The position numbers and the translations under genes are program-made. A DNA stretch of 64,000 nt. Origin: Amphiscolops sp. MND2022. Lineage: Eukaryota. The notes under the pieces are model-generated. The model made no database searches. It was not told where the DNA came from and saw nothing but the letters and a program-made list of their open reading frames with translations. The DNA lies in NCBI GenBank assembly GCA_964187785.1, contig OZ076409.1, forward strand, positions 49,664,001 through 49,728,000, in the 5' to 3' direction. Positions 38,401 through 50,400 of the stretch are shown here, piece by piece. Each line of letters starts with the position of its first letter. Within the stretch, counting starts at the first letter, position 1.

Positions 38401-41400
38401 AGCAGGACCCGCCGGAACCGGGAAAACAGAAACAACTAAAGACATGGCTCGATGTCTTGGCAAATACGTCGTTGTGTTTAACTGCTCTGATCAAATGGAT
38501 TTCAGAGGTTTGGGTCGTATTTACAAAGGTCTGGCTCAGTCTGGATCTTGGGGATGTTTCGACGAGTTCAACCGAATCGACTTGCCCGTATTGTCTGTGG
38601 CCGCGCAGCAGATTTACGTCGTCTTGCAATGTAAGAAGGACAAAAAGTCACAGTTCATTTTCACTGACGGTGACATTGTGGATTGCGACCCTGAGTTTGG
38701 TTTGTTCATTACTATGAACCCCGGTTACGCTGGTCGTCAAGAATTGCCTGAAAATTTGAAGATCCAGTTCCGATCTGTGGCTATGATGGTGCCGGATCGT
38801 ATGATCATCATGAGAGTGAAACTCGCCAGTTGCGGTTTCCAACAAAATATTATCTTGTCCCGGAAGTTCTTCACTCTGTACAAACTTTGCGAACTGCAGT
38901 TGACGAAACAAGTTCACTACGATTTTGGGTTGCGAAACATTCTCTCCGTGCTTCGAACTCTCGGAGGTGAAAAGAGGTTGAATCCTCAAGATGCTGAAAA
39001 TATCACCGTGATGAGAGTCTTGCGTGACATGAACTTGTCCAAACTTGTAGACGAAGATGAGCCGTTGTTCTTGTCTCTCATTGATGACTTGTTCCCTGGA
39101 ATCGAGCTCGATAAGAAAGGATACCCAGAAATCGAAGCTGCTATAAAGCGAGAGATTGAGGAAGTTCAGCTGATTCATCATGCACCTTGGGTGTTAAAAT
39201 TGATTCAGCTCTACGAGACCCAGAGAGTCCGATGGGGTATGATGACATTGGGTCCCTCAGGAGCAGGTAAAACCAAATGCATCCATGTTTTGATGAAGGC
39301 TATGACAGAATGTGGAGCGCCTCACAAAGAAATGAGAATGAACCCCAAAGCCATCACTGCGCCTCAGATGTTTGGCAGACTTGATGCTGCAACTAATGAT
39401 TGGACGGACGGAATCTTCTCAACTCTGTGGCGTCGAACTCACAAAGTGAAGAAAACAGACAACGTCTGGATTGTTCTGGATGGTCCTGTTGATGCCATCT
39501 GGATCGAAAACTTGAACTCTGTGTTGGACGATAACAAGACTTTGACTCTTGCGAACGGTGATCGAATTGTAATGGCTCCGAACTGTAAAGTAGTCTTCGA
39601 GCCCCACAACATTGATAACGCATCACCAGCTACCGTGTCCCGAAACGGCATGGTGTTCATGTCCAGTTCTATTCTAGACTGGGAACCCCTAGTCAAAGCA
39701 TGGTGTCTCCGACAACAAGCCGGTATTGCCGATACAATGTACCCGCTGTACGAAAAAGTGTTCCCAAAATTGTACACTTTCATTGTGCAGAGTTTGGTTC
39801 CCAAAATGCCGCTTCTGGAAGCTATGTACGTGCGGCAAAGTTTGGACATGATGGACGGTCTCTTGCCTAGCGAAGAAAACGCGAAAATGCCAAGCGACAA
39901 ACACCTGGAAAGGTTATTCGTTTTCGCAATCATGTGGTCGCTTGGAGCCGTCTTGGAGCTGGGAGATCGTCTGAAAATGGAGGAGGAATTACGAAGCATG
40001 AAGGTCAGTTAACAAAACTCCATTCTAGTAGCAAACCAATTCTAAACTAAACTGAAGCAACATTTAACTTGATCACTTTCTTTTTTCAACAAGAGAAGAT
40101 TTTCAAGCTGTTGAACCCATATTCATGTTTTTAGTCGGCGCATTTCGATTTAGGAAAAGTGACCGATTATTACAGGGACTAGTTTTTGTCAGTCTCACTC
40201 TAATTGGTCCACTTTTTGTGCTCGGTGCACTTTTACGATAAGTACTTAGTACTTGATTATGAACGCATCCGAAGCCTCTAATATGGAATACAGAACCATT
40301 CGAAAGTAGAAGGGTCCCCTTTTCCACTTTTTTCGGCACCATGAGACTTTGAAAAGTTTTTGATTTCGCCAAAGGGTCCCCCTTCAACATTTTGACTGTT
40401 TCAAGTTGGGAAAGAAGTTTTTGCAAGTCCACAAGGTCCCTCCTTTGGTTTTTTCGGATTTTCGAGGTATTGAAAATTTTCCTAAAAACATGTTTTAGCA
40501 TATAAAAATGTGTTACACTTTTGTGCCATTAGCGGGGTGCCGACTTGGGCCGTTCCCGGCTTGATTTAAATAACTCCCTCATATTTCATAAATGCGAAAG
40601 CAAAATGCAGCTGGCGTTTTCCTACCGATTTTTCTTTTTTCTAATTTCATACTCCGGAAGCAGTTCTTCGACTGAATTCAGAGACGAAAACATTAGGTTC
40701 GTAGAAGATGTAGTTATGGAGATATCTGAGGCCAACGACGACACAATTAATTCCTTGGCATGCGTTTTTTAAAAGAAACTAAAAGCAAAATCAAAGAAAA
40801 CGATTCGAAGAAATTTTTTTCAAAAAAATATAAAACAAACCAAAAAAGCCAAAACGTGTCATAGTTTTCAAATAGTTGAACTGATCCAAGTTTTGAACAT
40901 TTTCGTTGGCATAAACTAATTGTCTGCCTTAAATTATGATATTGCAAAAATAATTCAGACAGAAAATATCCCAGTGCTCAATAGGTTTTTTAGTCGGCGC
41001 TTTTCTAGTGAAAAGTGCCCGACTATTACAGTGGCTAGGTTTTTTCGTCAGACCAAATAGCTCACCCTGTATGTACCACTTTTTCTGCATTATGCACTTT
41101 TACCAAAAGTACTCAGTACTTGATTTCAAACGCATCCAAAAGCCTCTAACTTGGAATACAAAACCCAGAAGGGCCCCTCTTTCCAATTTTGGGCACTATT
41201 TTCGACACTATGTCTCCAAAGGGTCCCCCTTGATTTTTTGTAAATGGATGGATGTTGAAAAAGCCCAAAGTGCCCCTTTTACATTTTTTGGCACTATGAG
41301 ACTGTTCAAAATTCTCATTTTTCGTTTTTTTTTCGAAAATTTTTGCCGAAGGGTCCCTCCTTCAATTTTTTTTGATATTTTGCAACAAACTGGATTTTCA

Positions 41401-44400
41401 AAAAGCCAAAAGGGTCCCCCTTTTACAATTTTAAAAACTGCGCTTTTTGAGCCTTGGATATAGCGCCGACTTTAGACGTTTCCGTCTTGTTTATCTCCAG
41501 ACTGCTTTTTGATCAGATTCTCTCATTAGTCAGCGCTGAAGTTTTTCTTCATCTTTTATCCTTGTGTATTTAGGTCGTGGATCTACCGAAGCCGATGTTT
41601 GAAGGAGACACAATCTTCGAGTTCTTTGTCGCTGATAATGGAGAGTGGGATCACTGGAGCAAGAAGGTGGCTGAATTCGAGTACCCCAAAGACCACATAC
41701 CTGATTACTCCGCCATCTTGGTGCCCAATGTCGACAACACCAGAACTGATTTCTTGATCCAAGTCATTGCCAAGCAAGAGAAGGGAGTGCTTCTTATCGG
41801 TTAGGACATGTTTTGTTCAATATAAACAGGATTTTTCGCATTGCTATGAAATGTTGACTGGTCTTTCACGCTACACTGGCATGCAGAGATGAAGAACGAT
41901 AATTTTACTTTTTTCTTACTTAAAACATTTTCACGAGGGTGAAAAGTCTCTGGACTTATGATACAAAAAACGTTCACATGCGTCATCAACATTACTTAGG
42001 CATTTACATTTTTAGTAGACTCTTTCAAAAATTAGTTTTATTGTGGGAAACCTTTCTTGTTCGTTTCAGGAGAACAAGGTACCGCCAAAACTGTCATGAT
42101 CAAGGGTTTCTGTGGCCGGTATGACGCCGAGTACCATTTGAACAAGAGCATGAACTTCTCTTCGGCCACTGAACCAATCATGTTCCAGCGAACAGTTGAA
42201 AGCTATGTGGACAAACGAGTGGGTACGACTTACGGACCACCAGCAAACAAGAAAATGACAGTGTTCGTCGATGACATCAACATGCCAGTCATTAACGACT
42301 GGGGAGATCAGGTTCGTCTTCAATTCCTATTGGCTCGCAAGGGGAAGAAGCCCCATTACGTCATTGTACAATATTTCCAGAAAACGGAGCTGACTTTTCG
42401 ACAGAATTTGAACTCTTCTCCTTTTAAAAACATTGGATTCTGTGTTCATTTACAAATGTACATATTATCAAAGTTCCGGAAGTCAAAAGGTCCACAAGCT
42501 CACTCAATTTGTTTACGCAATATAAACTCGAAAGACATCCCAGTTGCACTTTAGAATCTGAGAGGCAAGATGCTTTTTTTCTTTCTGGGTGTTAATCTTG
42601 ACAATTTGAGGGTCAATTTTTTTCAGATCACAAACGAGATTGTGCGTCAAACGATGGAAAACAAGGGTTTCTACAATCTAGAGAAACCAGGAGAGTTCAC
42701 CTACATTGTGGACATCCAGTTTATGGCTGCAATGATCCACCCGGGAGGAGGACGAAACGACATCCCCCAACGTCTGAAGAGACAGTTCAACGTGTTCAAC
42801 TCCACTCTGCCCTCAAATGCTTCCATCGATAAAATCTTCAGCACCATCGGAAAGGGACACTATGTGGCGGAACGTGGTTAGTAGTTGTTAACGGTTGTCT
42901 TTTAAGTGTATCGCGCGCTTAGGAAAAACTTACTCTGGTTCATATTCAAATATTCGTTTTAATTTTCAGAGTTAATGGTCACTTCAAAAAATATAACTGA
43001 ACCCGTTTTCACAAAATTCCGCTACACTCAACCAATGTTACAAATTTGTTTTTTTGGCGGGTATATCGAAATATCGAATCAAAAAAATAGCAAGAAGGGT
43101 GGGTGGGCATATCGCAGGATATTAGGTGCGGAAAATCCCAAGGCCTAATTCCGGAATATCATTATTTAGAACTTTTTCAGCCTCTTAATCATGAGCCTCG
43201 TAAAGCGATAACGTTTATTAACCTGAGCTGGTATTACAGGGTTCTCCGAAGAAACTAACGACTTGATTGGCAGACTGGTTCCCTTGACTCGAATCATCTG
43301 GCAGAGAACCAAAAAGAAGATGTTGCCGACACCAGCCAAGTTCCATTACATCTTCAACTTGAGAGATCTTTCCAGGATCTGGCAAGGAATGATCAACACC
43401 ACATCGGAAGTGGTCAACGACACAAAGACTCTCATTGAGTTGTACAGACATGAGTGCACGAGAGTAATCGCCGACAGATTCATCAACTATGACGACTTGA
43501 ACTGGTTCGACAAGTCTATCAAAGCGGTGAGGAGCTCTTTAAATTGACATCAAATTTGTTCAATGGAAGATGAAGATATTAAGGCTAAAAATTGGTAAAT
43601 AAAAATAATGAGCACCTTGATGAGATGAATCTATTTTACGGGGGCAGCACATTGTAGTGAATTGCTTGTAGTTTGAATTGCTTGAACTTTTCACATGCTC
43701 GTCAAAGTTGACCTGCAACTTTTATTAAGAGTTTTCAAAACTCTTACCTGAACTTCCATGCAAAAGTAGTCACTGATACAATTGAACTTTATCAAGTTGC
43801 CTGAAAAAATCTTTAAAAAGTTGGCGACAATTTTAAACCGTCAAGTTCGCAAGTTTCATTATGCATCAGTACTTTATTAAAAGCAACTGAGAAGACTCCA
43901 AATTCACCGCCATTTTAATTCGAAGTAGCTTCAGGCACGTCATAAGCTGGAAACTTAGCGTCATCTTCAGCGCGCTACTTGAGCATCAGATTGTTAGTGG
44001 AGAAATCAAGGTGTGATTTCAACTTGATCGTGTTGACAATGATATGGAAATATTTAAATTGCAATAGTGTCAAATGCAGTGTGAATCCACAAGGTTTACC
44101 AGCAGACGTTTACTGATTTTTTAGTCGGCGCTTCATGAAGTGAAACGCGACTATTATAGTGACTCTTTTTTTCTATCCACACGAACTGACCAAAATAGTT
44201 CTTAAAAGTTCTACAAAATATTATTGCACCAAATTGCACCATTTGGCAGAGCGAAATGAACCAAAAAGGATTTTCCTGTTTTTCCGCGTAACATACCATA
44301 CCGGGTGAGACCAAAGGGTCCCCCTTTCAATTTTTTTCGGCACTGCGAGACTTTTTTTCGGAATTTTTTTTCCCTAAAGAGTCCCCCCTTCATTTTTTTG

Positions 44401-47400
44401 CTGTTTTCGTCAGAATGGATGTTGGAAAATCCCAAAGGATCCCCCCTTTCAGTTTTTTTGGCATTGTGAGACTTTTTTAAAAAATTTTTCACCAAAGGGT
44501 CCCCCTTCAATTTCTTTGATATTTTACAACAAATTGGGCGTTTAAAAATCCCAAAGGGCCCCCTATCAGTTTTTCGGCATTGTGAGACTTTTTTTCGAAA
44601 ATTTGTTTTTTCTCCAAAGGGTCCCCCTTCAACTGCGACAAAAATGTTGACCATTTCGGAAGTGTCCCCCTTTTAGCGCGCCAGGGGCTCGCGCTAGTGG
44701 GCCCCGGCGCGCCACTCGGTCCATTGTTTTGCTTTTTCGATTTTCGAGTACTGTAAATTGACACTATGGAAGTCCTTTTGCTATTTTTGAGCCTTGGATA
44801 TGGCGCCGACTTGGGCCGGTGCCGGCTTGTTAAGCTTTTATGAAATGTAACCTACATGCAGGATTATAGCATGTAAAAATTCTTACAGTCTCAATTAGAG
44901 TCCGGTTTGAATATCACAAAACTCGCCCTTGTTGGGTCTCAAGCAAGTCTTTCATCCGTAGTTTAGTGACATGAGCAGCGATAAAAAATTATCAATTTAG
45001 CGGAGAAAAGCTAAATAAAACGAGCAACACCAAGCAGTCAGACTTTTGTGAACTCAAGCAAGCTATTTCAAAGCACCGCTTAAAAGATGCAACCCTAGTC
45101 GACGTTGCCGCGAAGTTTTACAGGCACCTTCATAAAATGCTGGCTAATTTTTTATAAAACATGGAAAGTTCAGGGATTATGCATGGAAACATTTTGTAGG
45201 ATTACTATGCAGCTTTCGCTATTTGAGTTAAAACTGAAAACATTTCCACTTCACCACCGCGATCACGTTGTTTTCACGCGTAAGTTTCTCAAGCAACTAC
45301 TTTATGGAAATACCCTTAGTCAAATAGCACGCTGAATAGACGCTAAATTGAAACTTATAATATGACTGAAAATTATTTGCATTGAAATCGCGGTAAATGT
45401 GATGAAGGTCTCAGCTGCTTTCAAAATTAGAACGGCGTCATCATGGACCCTGCAAAACTTCGCGGCTTTGAATTGCCGCCAAATTTAAGATGCATCTTTT
45501 AGGCAACTTGATAAATTTAAAATGCATCAGTGACGTTTTAATGCATAGAAGTTTCCTTGAGAATTTTATAAAATCATGAAAAATTAGCTTGGTAGCCTAC
45601 AAAAATTTGTAAAAAGTTCAAGCAGTTCCAACCAGGGAAGCCGAACGTTGCTTGACCACTTGGCTGCAAATTTGGTACCGCAAATGTGGTGTCCACAGGA
45701 ATCAATTTTTTCACGGCAAGTTAAACTACTTACCATATTTTTAGCTAAGCATTAAAAATTGTCGACTAGAAGCCGTGGTTTACAAATAGCTTGTTTCAGG
45801 GTTCAAAAGTCTGATTGCTCACCGCTGGTTTTTATGATTTTTCCAATTGCGTTCTTTTTAAAACTTCGCTCAGTACCAAAAGGCGATTTGCCAGGTACTT
45901 GAACTTCGCACCGCCCAAATAAGGCACCACGATTTTGTCACTTTTGACTTGACTTGCACTTGTTGAGTTTCATTTTTTCAGCTGGTAGTGGAAGAACTGG
46001 GGGCTGAGTATCAACAATACATCGAGGTCGAACCCTACTTTGTGGATTTCTTGAGAGAAGCCCCTGAGCCGACAGGTTAGTAACTTTTCTTGAAAGTAAT
46101 GAGCGTCGTAATTATGTTTTAGAGTCAACTTCCAAACAGTTTGTGTAGAATATAGGCTAGAAGATAGAAAAGTAGAAGGAATGCTAGAATGCACTGAAGG
46201 TTGCTGTGAGATCTACTTAGTGTGAATGATTGAATATATTGAATCTGGACAATTTTATCCAATGTAACAACAGAAACTAAGTTTTTCACCAAGGTTTGAC
46301 ATGTGAACAGCATTTTGTGAAAATTCTGAAAACTCAAAAAAATCGTCCAGAAAACAATGACTGTAAGTTGTCACTCAGCATTAATCCAAAGTTTTTTGGA
46401 AATTGAAATTTTCTGATTTTTAGATCTATGATATTCTGCCAAAACTGAACTCTTAAAAGTTTTGGAAAAAGTCATTCACTGGGCAACTTTTGCACTTTTG
46501 GTTTTGACTCCTACTTAGTGACCTCTTGCTTGTATCAGGCGAAGAGTCAGACAGACTTGCACGAAGCAGCCGTAAGTTCAGGAGAATTGCGTCAATCTGA
46601 CGTCATATCTCGGTTCTAGTTCGCCATTTAGTACCACTATACACTTCTTTATTGCGGCTCTTCTCACGTCAAATCAAATATTGGCAGTTCATCGAATTTT
46701 TCATTTCCTAAGTAAGGATCACAAAGAGCCCAAAATGGGTGTGACGTTATAGATGACCCTTTTCTTGTATTTTGGTCGATTCGTTACTAACAACTTCAAA
46801 ACTTTAAATATTCATTTCTGAACATTTAAACTTCATGAAAACAAGCAGCTTCATTTCTTAGATTTAGTTCTTTTGTTCATATTCTTCAGAAACCGAACCA
46901 GGTAAATGAGAAAATTACCATATGGCTTTCAAGCGGCTGATATCTTAGAATTTTTAGCAAGAAAATGAAAAACTGTCGAGAAAAATTTTCTCAAAATCAT
47001 GCCAAGAAATCTGGAAAGCGGGATCATGTGAAGCCGGGAATTTTGGCCAGATTTCCAGAATTCATCAGAATTTTGCCAGGATCTTGTCGAGAATTCCAAG
47101 ATGTCAAACGCTGGATTTGTCAATAGTATAATTCAACTCTATATTTTGATGTCAACTTGTCAATAACATCAAAATACATCTCACATCATTCCGTACAACT
47201 ACCATTTTTTGTTTCGTAGTTAGCCGGTGAAATCTTCCAGTGCTTTTTCCTGGAAATATTCCTTCCACTTCTGTTTCCGGGCATATTTGTCATGCAAGTC
47301 ATACGTTCCAATGACAATCAACATTTGAAACATATCCGGAAGTGTTACCATAACTGAAATCAATTCTCTCGTCATGACAAAGCTTTCATGTTTTCCATAT

Positions 47401-50400
47401 ATGATCATAACACGCATTCCATGTTTCCATATTTTGTCATAGATTGACTCCGATGATTTCGTGGCGGACAATTTGAAACCGCCGTAAATAAGGAGTTTTT
47501 ATTTGTTGATAAAATGTATGCTGAGCAGCCATTGGTTTTTGTCGTTCGATTGATGATCATGACATCAAAAATATCGAAAAAGACTTTCAAAAGGTTTTTT
47601 TAAAACTCCTTGAACTTTTTGGTACCTTTGGGGGCTTTTGTCTCATTTTGAGAGCATTTTAGGGCGCAATTTTAGTCGGCGCTGTATAGTTGTGGCTTTT
47701 CTTCTTTTAAGATCGACGAACTGACGAACTTTATTAGTTTTATAAGCTGTTGCTTTCACAGTCTACTGCCACAGTGAACTTGTAACTTCTACTGCCTTTT
47801 GACACAGAAGTTAATCAGGAATTTTGAGGTCTGCGAAGCAGAAGGACATGGGTTCGAGTCTCGCACTTGACTAATTTTTTTGTGCTTGTTAATTCGGCTT
47901 TGTGAGACTTTTTTTGTGTCTCTAAAGGATTACCCCTTTAATTTTTCAATATTTTGCAACAGAATGAATATTTAAAAAATCCCAAAGGGTCCCCCCTTTT
48001 ATATTTTTCGACACTTTGAGACTGTTCCAAAGTCGCATTTTTTTCGAAAAAATTGTCTCCAAAGGGCTCCCAATTTTCTTTTCGAGGGGCTTCTTCATTT
48101 TTTTTATAATTCGCATCAAATTGGGTTTTTTAAAAGCCCAAAGCCCCCTCCCCTTTTGCAATTTTTGGCATTGTGAGATTTTTTCAAATGAATTTCTGTC
48201 TTAAAGTTAGGTTTTCTCAGCACGCTTAATCCGAATTTTGTTTTTTGAAGACCGGCGTTTTTTCCATGCAAATTTTTCCAGTTTGTTTTTATCGAAACGC
48301 TTCTCAATTTTTGCTAGAAACGAAAAGTTCTGCGAGCATAGAGGACTCCTTAGAGGTTTCGGCACTATGCGACTTACCGGAGACTTCAATAAAAAATGTT
48401 TCCAATTTTTAGTTTTTTGAGAGGTTTTGTTGTCTCCAGTTGGGGAAAAGTGGTTTTCGAGTCTTATTCATATCCCTTGAGGTATATTTTGACGCTGTAA
48501 AATTGATGAAATTATAACAAAGTGTACTTTTGCATATGAAAAAAAAATTTTTTTGAACCTTGAGCGGGACGCCGACTTGGGCTGTTCCGGGCTTGTTAGA
48601 AGAAACTCTATCTTTCGACTATGGCAAAGTTAGAGAAAAAGCCGGTTGGGAAAGTTAATTTCTTTCCTATATTATGATAAATGGGCGCAAAATATTTCCC
48701 ATATTGTGAAATACGGGTAGAAAATGAAAATTATTTCCCTCTGCAGAGCAAAACAGAAATATTCCACCGCAATCAACCGAAGTGTTAAATTGGTTGAGCA
48801 GTCCACAATATGTATGGTTCAAAGTCAAGATAATAAAACAAATAACACAAAGCTTATTTTTGATTTGCTGCGGTATTTTTGAAAACTCGGAAAATGATTA
48901 TAGAAAAGAATGGTACATCGTTTCAACAATAATGGTTTTTGAAAGCCAAAACAACGTCAAATTCGACTAAACTAAAGGTTTCTTTATCACTAAGGTCTAC
49001 TGAATCAGTATACCGGCCCCAATCTGAAAATAATGGGCACAAACTTCCAAAAGTTTGGAAAGGAAAACTTTTTCTCTAAAAATTGAATTATTTACCGGTT
49101 CAACGCTTTCTAGTCAAGCTCTTCAGAATTATTCCATATAAATAAAACAAGTACTATTGTTGTATATTCATGCCTAAAAATATCGCGACTTTTTAGTCGA
49201 TATTTTTTGAAAATTAATTTTAAACCATGGAAAAAATTAAACTAAACATTTTTATCGCATTCTGTCCAAAACAAGATGCTTGACTCAAGGAACGAGTGTG
49301 TTGGTTACTAGGAGACAAACTTCTCCGTCAGTTATATAAAATGTAAAATTCGAACGTGTTGAAAACAGCAATGAGGCAACAGTCTTTGAAACAACAGTAT
49401 TCCAAAAAAAATCTGAAGATTATATAAAAAATGTTTCCGCGACACTTTAAAAAACTTGGTTTTGGAATGTTCCTACAGAATCGGAGTGCATTATAATGAA
49501 TCAGCGAAAAATCTATCTCAGTTTTTATTCATAAGTTGTGTACTTTATTCATCAGTATTTTCAATATGACCTTTTTCTGATGTTAGTCTTTGTTTGTTTG
49601 TTTGTTTGTACAGGAGAAGAAGCGGACGATGCCGTGTTCGAGGCTCCCAAAATCTACGAGCCCATCGAGAGCTTCGACCAGCTGAAACACAAACTCACTG
49701 AGCTGCAAGTGCAGTACAACGAGGCTGTCAGAGGAAGTTCTATGGATCTTGTGTTCTTCAAGGTTTGCTTAAATCATCATCACTTTGTTTCGCATGCAAG
49801 AACCCAACCATTGCACTGATTTGATTAGATGGGCTCGCCTCATGAAAAACTGCTTCTGCTGGAAGTTGAACTTTGGTAAATTTAGTTTTTTTGCAAACAA
49901 GTTTGAAAACACAAAACGGTTTGATATTTAAGTTTGATTCTAGTTTGCTTCATATAATCACCTAGGGAAACAGTTCTACAACACGGAAATATGTTTTTGG
50001 AAAAGTTTTTCCGTAGTTTTTGAGAAATGTCAACTGATATCTATGGTGAGGTGAGAAACCTTTGTGACGGTAGATTTGTTTTTAGGACTGTATGATTCAC
50101 TTGACGAAGATTTCGCGAATCATTCGAACCCCGAGAGGAAACGCCCTGTTGGTGGGTGTCGGAGGTTCCGGAAAACAGAGTTTGACAAGACTGGCTTCTT
50201 TCATCGCTGGATATAAGAGTTTCCAGATTACTCTCACTCGGTATGTTTCCCTCAAAATTCCACGACTAGTCAGTGCTTTTGGACAAATCTAGTTTTTCAA
50301 AACGTGAAGTATTTCAATTTTGCAGTCATCTAACTCATGTTACCAAGAGCTTGGTTCATTTTCAATTCTGAGCTATTCATTTGACGTATTATTTCGCAGA

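Noticed and set aside
34214..39999. Long minus-strand ORFs (34214-34858, 36241-36921, 38648-39181, 39439-39999)
   Set aside because: Antisense shadows of dynein exons; no independent motifs.
47788..47882. Functional tRNA gene
   Set aside because: Only B-box and anticodon-like parts are visible; no convincing acceptor or D stems; lies inside a repeat.
40103..48420. Lys/Phe-rich ORFs (e.g. 41008-41463, 44211-44654, 47946-48420)
   Set aside because: Translations of the A/T-run tandem units of the non-autonomous repeats.
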